DNA of 54,165 nucleotides from a virus: IMG/VR virus record IMGVR_UViG_3300045988_087855; one strand, 5' to 3'. Shown piece by piece: positions 52,753 to 54,165 of this stretch (position 1 is its first letter; each line of letters starts with the position of its first letter). The notes under the pieces were generated by a model. It saw only the letters and a program-made list of their open reading frames with translations, ran no database searches and was not told where the DNA came from. The position numbers and the translations under genes were made by a program.

Positions 52753-53993
52753 CCATAGAACACCCAGTCGAGCACCCGACGATTTGCCTCGTCCACCTTG
52801 CGCATATCGAAATCAATATAAATATCGGTGACGGAAGAACCACCATGACCAAGGGCGTGGGCGATTACGTCCTTGGGGACATCCAGCGAGGCAGCGATGG
52901 TCGCCCATGAGTGACGAGCGACATAGGAAGACAGCATAGGAAACGCAGGACGGAACACCTCCACCTCCCTATACACACCCAGATCATCGGTGCGCCATTC
53001 CTTCTCCATGGTGCCGATGGATTTCAAGCCACGGCACATTTGAAAGGTGAAGGTGGTATAGACCTTTCGGTTCTCACCCCAGGAGACAAGCCGACCAAGA
53101 GAGCCGTGGTACTTCTCGATGATGGCAGCAGCCTCTGGCTCCACCTTGATATCATAGAGCCGCCCCGTCTTGGAGCGACGATAAGACAAACGACCATCCA
53201 CCAGCTGGTCGGCACGCAGGGCAAGGAGGTCAACCACATTAATGCCGATGAGACAGAACGAGAGCTTGAAGGCATCGACATACTGCCGCTGCCAGGTGAC
53301 AGGGAACGAGAACAGGGAACGCAGCACCTCCACGGACACGGCTCGCTTTTTGGTCGCCTCATTCTTCACCTTGAAGGTGCGGAATGGATACCAGGAGGTG
53401 ATACCATTGTCGATGGCATCATTGAAGACAGCCCGAATGTTGCGAAGATGGACGGAACGAGCATTCACGGAAGGACACCCACCTGCATCGGAGCCAAGCC
53501 AGGAATCGAACCGAGAGAGCCAATCCTTGGAGACCGACTCGAAGGTGAGGGACTCGGCACGAGAATCGAAAGCCAACACCTTCTTCACGGTCACGAGATA
53601 GATATCAGCCGTCCGCTTGGACTTGCAGAGGGACGCATAGGCACGCATACGAGACACCAGCCGATTCTCCACACCGACATCAGGAGCCAGCTCCGAGGCG
53701 ACACGATTCTTCACCTCGACAACCGAAAGACCAAGCAGGGCATCGGAAGTGGTCAGCTTCATGAGGATTTCAGAGACACGAGCCATACGCTGGAGCAAGA
53801 AGCAGTTCGTTTGCTCCTTGTTTGGGCAATCACCGACACACCGCTGAGCCTTCGCATCCCAATGGGAAGGCAGGAGACGGATGCCAACCGAGAGAAGAGC
53901 ATGGGAACGCTTATGACCGAAATCGAGCTTCAAGGGAGCAGCCTGCCCCTTGGCGACAGCACGAGTGTCGAGATAGAAATGGACATTAATCAT
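52743..53993 (-). CDS. int: tyrosine site-specific integrase
   Basis: 416 aa. C-terminal catalytic blocks ...ARHSWATIAA...HALGHGGSSVTDIYI... (R, H-x-x-R-like, and Y). It is adjacent to the right att copy and co-oriented with the tRNA. Confidence 0.9.
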   Translation of the reverse strand: MINVHFYLDTRAVAKGQAAPLKLDFGHKRSHALLSVGIRLLPSHWDAKAQRCVGDCPNKEQTNCFLLQRMARVSEILMKLTTSDALLGLSVVEVKNRVASELAPDVGVENRLVSRMRAYASLCKSKRTADIYLVTVKKVLAFDSRAESLTFESVSKDWLSRFDSWLGSDAGGCPSVNARSVHLRNIRAVFNDAIDNGITSWYPFRTFKVKNEATKKRAVSVEVLRSLFSFPVTWQRQYVDAFKLSFCLIGINVVDLLALRADQLVDGRLSYRRSKTGRLYDIKVEPEAAAIIEKYHGSLGRLVSWGENRKVYTTFTFQMCRGLKSIGTMEKEWRTDDLGVYREVEVFRPAFPMLSSYVARHSWATIAASLDVPKDVIAHALGHGGSSVTDIYIDFDMRKVDEANRRVLDWVFYGKK

Positions 53994-54009
53994 AATCCAA
54001 CCAAATTAT

Positions 54010-54042
54010 TTGCACGCATTTTGCACGCATTTTGCAACAAAG
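54010..54042 (+). repeat. three tandem 11-bp units TTGCACGCATT / TTGCACGCATT / TTGCAACAAAG (candidate integrase arm-type sites, right arm)
   Basis: Read directly, between the int start (53993) and the right att core (54121). The same unit occurs at 112-133. Confidence 0.5.
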
Positions 54043-54111
54043 AGCAACAAACCGCACCAAAATGCAACAATCAACAAAAACGGAGAACCACCGTAAAACC
54101 TATGGTTTTAA

Positions 54112-54165
54112 GCGGAAAGAGGGGGATTCGAACCCCCGATTCCCTTTAGGGGAATACACGCTTTC
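54112..54165 (-). tRNA. 3' portion of tRNA-Ser (NGA anticodon family), truncated by the window end
   Basis: The minus strand reads ..GAAA-GCGTG (from anticodon position 35), a long variable arm, T-arm GGGGG-TTCGAAT-CCCCC, and acceptor 3' strand TCTTTCC plus G. The 5' half would lie beyond 54165. Confidence 0.7.
54121..54165. repeat. att core, right copy: 45-bp direct repeat identical to 1-45
   Basis: Exact identity to 1-45. Confidence 0.9.

Noticed and set aside
54010-54042. Tandem 11-bp repeats, considered as a possible CRISPR or minisatellite array.
   Set aside because: There are only 2-3 contiguous units and no spacers. The position between int and the att core, mirrored in the other arm, fits recombinase arm sites instead.

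Overview
The window is essentially one complete integrated temperate prophage of about 54 kb with a long non-contractile tail. It is bounded by identical 45-bp direct repeats (1-45 and 54121-54165) that are the 3' part of a tRNA-Ser gene on the minus strand. A tyrosine integrase sits next to the right repeat. Gene order from left to right: a leftward lysogeny operon (XRE repressor, hypothetical protein, lipoprotein, CI-type HTH protein); a divergent switch region; a rightward early region (Xis-like HTH, SbcC/Rad50-like ATPase, RecT, MBL nuclease, putative replication initiator with an internal ori-like segment, C5 methyltransferase, RuvC-like resolvase, PLD-like nuclease, ParB-methyltransferase fusion); packaging (TerS-like, TerL, portal); head (MuF protein carrying toxin domains, scaffold, decoration-like protein, capsid); tail (major tail protein, frameshifted chaperone, 1521-aa tape measure, tip proteins); a diversity-generating retroelement (DGR); a collagen-motif tail fibre; a lysis cassette; two promoter/terminator-bounded cassettes of small unknown genes; and the integrase. 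The most notable element is the DGR. Its template repeat (TR, 42462-42575) and reverse transcriptase (42853-44265) sit beside a variable repeat (VR1) at the 3' end of a tail receptor-binding gene. A second variable repeat (VR2, 6882-6993) lies about 35 kb away in a small early-region gene. No recognisable Avd gene is present, and the RT has a long C-terminal extension. Other points worth a second look: a MuF head protein fused to ADP-ribosyltransferase and papain-like domains, with an antisense candidate immunity gene; a C5-methyltransferase whose conserved blocks are split between two reading frames; an iteron/AT-rich ori candidate; phased 11-bp repeats at both prophage ends; and a U UUU UUC slippery site in the tail chaperone gene. 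Promoter-like TAnnTTTG boxes and the integrase type suggest a Bacteroidota host, but this is inference. All homology statements come from motif recognition by eye; no searches were run.
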